Positions 61,255 through 64,000 of a DNA stretch of 64,000 bases are shown here, one piece after another. The notes beneath the pieces are model-generated. The model ran no database searches and was not told the origin of the DNA. It saw nothing but the letters and a program-made list of their open reading frames with translations. Within the stretch, counting starts at the first letter, position 1. Each line of letters opens with the position of its first letter. Source of the DNA: Alphaproteobacteria bacterium (GTDB lineage: Bacteria > Pseudomonadota > Alphaproteobacteria > UBA828); NCBI GenBank assembly GCA_965214705.1, contig OZ243972.1:2464001-2528000 (forward strand), written 5' to 3'. A program made the position numbers and the translations under genes.

Positions 61255-61899
61255 ATGCGCGGGTTTCCGCTCGACCCGTCCGGCCTGTGGCGCGAAGTGC
61301 GCGCCGACCCCTCGCTACCTCCTGTCCCGGCGCTCTTCCTCGACCGCGATGGGACGCTTATTGAGCTGGTGGACTATCTCTGCACTGCCGAACGGGTCGT
61401 ACCCATCGCCGGTGCCTTCGAGAGCTTGGCCGCGGCCCGGCGTTGCGGGTATCGGATAGTGATCGTGACCAATCAGTCCGGCATCGGCCGCGGCTTCTAC
61501 GGGTGGGAGGCGTTCGCCGCCGTGCAGAAGCGGGTACTCGCGCTCGCCGACGCCGCCGGCGGCCTAGTCGACGCGGTGTACGCCTGCCCGGCGCTGCCTG
61601 AGAGCAGCGCCCCTTGCCGCAAGCCCAGCCCCGGTATGCTCCATGCCGCCGCTGCGGATATTGGTATCGATCTCGCCCGAAGCTGGATCGTTGGCGACAG
61701 CGTCGACGATTTGGAGGCCGGGCGGCGCGCCGGGCTCGCGCGCGGCTGGCTGGTGCAGACCGGCTACGGCGTCCGGGACCGTGCCGCCGCGGCGGGCTTG
61801 GCACGCAGCGACTTCCCCATCACCATCGGGCGGCCGATCGTCGCGCTCGGTACGGCGCTTTCCGCCGACAATCCCCGACCCGCGCAGGACGCTTCATGA
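61255..61899 (+). CDS. gmhB: Heptose 1,7-bisphosphate phosphatase (HAD IIIA)
   Basis: FLDRDGTL, VTNQSGIGRG, CRKPSPGM, IVGD; start uncertain (61066 or 61255). Confidence 0.85.
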   Translation: MRGFPLDPSGLWREVRADPSLPPVPALFLDRDGTLIELVDYLCTAERVVPIAGAFESLAAARRCGYRIVIVTNQSGIGRGFYGWEAFAAVQKRVLALADAAGGLVDAVYACPALPESSAPCRKPSPGMLHAAAADIGIDLARSWIVGDSVDDLEAGRRAGLARGWLVQTGYGVRDRAAAAGLARSDFPITIGRPIVALGTALSADNPRPAQDAS

Positions 61900-62516
61900 C
61901 CTTTCCGGACACGGGCTACCGATCAGTGGCCCGCTACTGCGACGACTACCTGACCCAGCTTGCACAGGCGGGTGCCTCCATCGACCGGGCGCGGCTTACC
62001 CATGCCGCCAACCTGCTTGATGCGGCATTCGCGCGCGGCGCGTGGCTCTTCGTCTGCGGCAATGGCGGCTCGGCGGCGATCGCCAACCACCTGCTCTGCG
62101 ATGTCGCCAAGGGGGTGCAGACCGACACCGGCGTTCTGCCGCGGGTGATGAGCCTGAGCGCGAACATGGAGATCGTTACCGCGATCGCCAATGACATCGC
62201 ATTCGAAGATTGCTTCGTCTATCAGCTCAGGACCGCAGCACGACCCGGCGATCTGCTGATGACCATTTCGGCCTCGGGCGATTCGGAAAACATCGTCCGC
62301 GCGCTCGAATGGGCGGTCGCGAACGGACTGGACGGCGTCGCGCTGACCGGCTTCGACGGCGGCCGCTCGGCACCGCTGGCCACCGTCAACCTGCACGTCG
62401 ACGGCGACAACTACGGCGTGATCGAGGACACCCACCAGTCGATCATGCACATACTCTCGCAATATCTGCGTCAAGCGAAGATGACCGACGCGCGCGTCGC
62501 TGAGCGAAAATTCTAG
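61896..62516 (+). CDS. gmhA: Sedoheptulose 7-phosphate isomerase (SIS domain)
   Basis: CGNGGSAA, TAIAND, ISASGDSENI, LTGFDGG, EDTHQ; ATGA coupling with gmhB. Confidence 0.88.
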   Translation: MTFPDTGYRSVARYCDDYLTQLAQAGASIDRARLTHAANLLDAAFARGAWLFVCGNGGSAAIANHLLCDVAKGVQTDTGVLPRVMSLSANMEIVTAIANDIAFEDCFVYQLRTAARPGDLLMTISASGDSENIVRALEWAVANGLDGVALTGFDGGRSAPLATVNLHVDGDNYGVIEDTHQSIMHILSQYLRQAKMTDARVAERKF

Positions 62517-62641
62517 GTTGCGAAGCGGCTTGCCAGCACGACGGCGATCCGGGCCGCGACAGCGAGGGACACCTCCAGGACCAGATGACGCTCGACGACC
62601 TCCCGATTGCAGGACACACCGAATGACCCCCTAAACAAGAT

Positions 62642-62934
62642 GGCTCAATTCGTGAACCATAGGCATGGCCCAAACATCGCGCGGCGGCATGCCCGGTGTG
62701 GGGGCTTGCCGCCGCGCCCGACAGGCCTTTGAATGGCGACCAGGGCTCTCTTGCCCTCGCGTCGGGCTGGCCTGCGGTCAGCCCCCTGAAACCAACAACG
62801 GAGAACGCCTACCGCAAGACTCGGGAGAGACTGACAAACGGCATCGCCTTGGCGGTCAAATGGCCAGGATTCGCGGTCAAGTAAAATGGGAATCTTAAGG
62901 ATTGAGCGGGCTCGCGAGAGCCTGGTCAATCTGG
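62642..62934. mobile_element. Left end of a GGCTCAATTCGTG-family MITE, no right end before the IS91-like element
   Basis: GGCTCAATTCGTGAACCATAGGCATGGCCCAAACATCGCGC matches the copy at 22170. Confidence 0.65.
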
Positions 62935-63196
62935 TTTGAACGAAGGCGCGGGCCACGGGTGCGGGCATCGCGGTATGTGTAAAGTGCGCCGATGTCGTGC
63001 TCAGGCTGGAGCGATCAGCTACTGAGGATGGCGGGCTTGCGGCGTCCCGGTCGATATGGCGGCCGGTTCGATCCTCTCACATTGGGCGCCCTGGCGGGCT
63101 ATGAGCCAGAGGCGCCTGGCGCCCGCCGGCGAGGACGAGTTGGCCGGTGGGCCGGGACGGGGCCCGCGCTGCCCTGGTTCGAAGCGAGCGGCTGGC

Positions 63197-64000
63197 TCAT
63201 GGTGCTGCACCGCAAGGTGGCGGCGCCTGCGGCGGGCCGCGGGCGGAGAGGGGCTCCTTGCGGCGGGGGATTTCGCGGACGAGCCGCAGAACACCGCCGC
63301 AGTGTGGGCACGCCACGGGCGCGGCGGCGGTCTCGGGCTCGCGGTCCTGCTCATGGTCCCCTTCAAGCCCGTCTGCCGTTTCGCCCGGGACGGCGCAGCC
63401 GACGGTGCCCAGCGCCTCGCGCGCGCAATCCAGCGTCGTGGCGCGGCAGCCGTTGGCGAGGATGCCGAAGTAGCGGATGCGGTGCATCCCCTCGGGCAGG
63501 ACGTGGAGCAGGAAGCGTCGGATGAACTCGTCGGCCGAGACGGTCATGGTGCCGTAGCGGGGCTTCTTCTGCCCCGGCTCGGCCGGCTTGCGGTGGCGGA
63601 AGGTGACGTTCTCGCCGTCGAAGGCTGTGATGCGCCTGTCCGAGATGGCGATCCTGTGGGTGTAGCGGGCGAGGTACCGGAACACCTGCTTGGGCCCCCT
63701 GAAGGGGCGCTTGGCGTAGACCACCCAGTCCCTGCTGCGGGCGGCGGCGAGGGTGGCGTGGAACTCGCCGGGATTGGCGAGATGGGCGACGGTGCCGTGG
63801 AACTCCAGCTCGCCGCTGCCATGGGCGCGCGAAAGGTCTTCGAGAAAGCGGCGGCGGAAGAAGCTGGCGAGGACCTTGACGGGGGCGAGCCAGACGCCGC
63901 TCCCCGTCTTCCACTCGCCGCTGTCTACGTCGAAGCCCGCGTTCGGCACCACCACGTGCAGATGAGGATGGAAGCGGAGCTTCTGATCCCAGGTGTGGAG
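63197..64000 (-). CDS. IS91-family transposase, second diverged copy (5' end outside window); element end at about 62935
   Basis: HTWDQKLRFHPHLH, YLARY, FLLHVLP, RIRYFG; downstream end TGGCCCGCGCCTTCGTTCAAA resembles that of copy 1. Confidence 0.92.
   Translation of the reverse strand, partial: LHTWDQKLRFHPHLHVVVPNAGFDVDSGEWKTGSGVWLAPVKVLASFFRRRFLEDLSRAHGSGELEFHGTVAHLANPGEFHATLAAARSRDWVVYAKRPFRGPKQVFRYLARYTHRIAISDRRITAFDGENVTFRHRKPAEPGQKKPRYGTMTVSADEFIRRFLLHVLPEGMHRIRYFGILANGCRATTLDCAREALGTVGCAVPGETADGLEGDHEQDREPETAAAPVACPHCGGVLRLVREIPRRKEPLSARGPPQAPPPCGAAP

Overview
High-GC alphaproteobacterial (Rhodospirillales-like, by inference from gene content) window in two parts. 1-19.5 kb is ordinary chromosome: rbfA-truB-rpsO-pnp, a BMP-family ABC transporter, several oxidoreductases, an AceE/transketolase-like ThDP enzyme, a higBA pair and two tandem flavin monooxygenase paralogs, the second truncated at about 19.55 kb. 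From there to the window end lies a mobile island. It has two tandem tyrosine integrases, an integrase + IS91-like Y2 transposase element near the left end with a related Y2 transposase at the right end, and a surface-glycan locus (three tandem GT4 genes, Wzx, AsnB, a low-GC GT4, a GT2, and hddC-hddA-galE-gmhB-gmhA for GDP-heptose). The locus is riddled with IS66 elements, an IS1595 element and several MITE families. The most striking feature is a gene that, after removing an IS66 insertion and an 11-bp duplication, encodes a 2056-aa O-antigen ligase/polymerase (Wzy_C-like) membrane protein. Its large loop is filled with nine plant-receptor-type LRR modules, three of them in a near-perfect 471-bp tandem array. 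Other notable items are an IS66-type element carrying a Dam-like methyltransferase frameshifted in a G7 run, and a triple-target-site stack of IS1595 MITEs containing a mini composite transposon with a 95-bp foreign passenger. All assignments come from reading motifs by eye; no database search was run.
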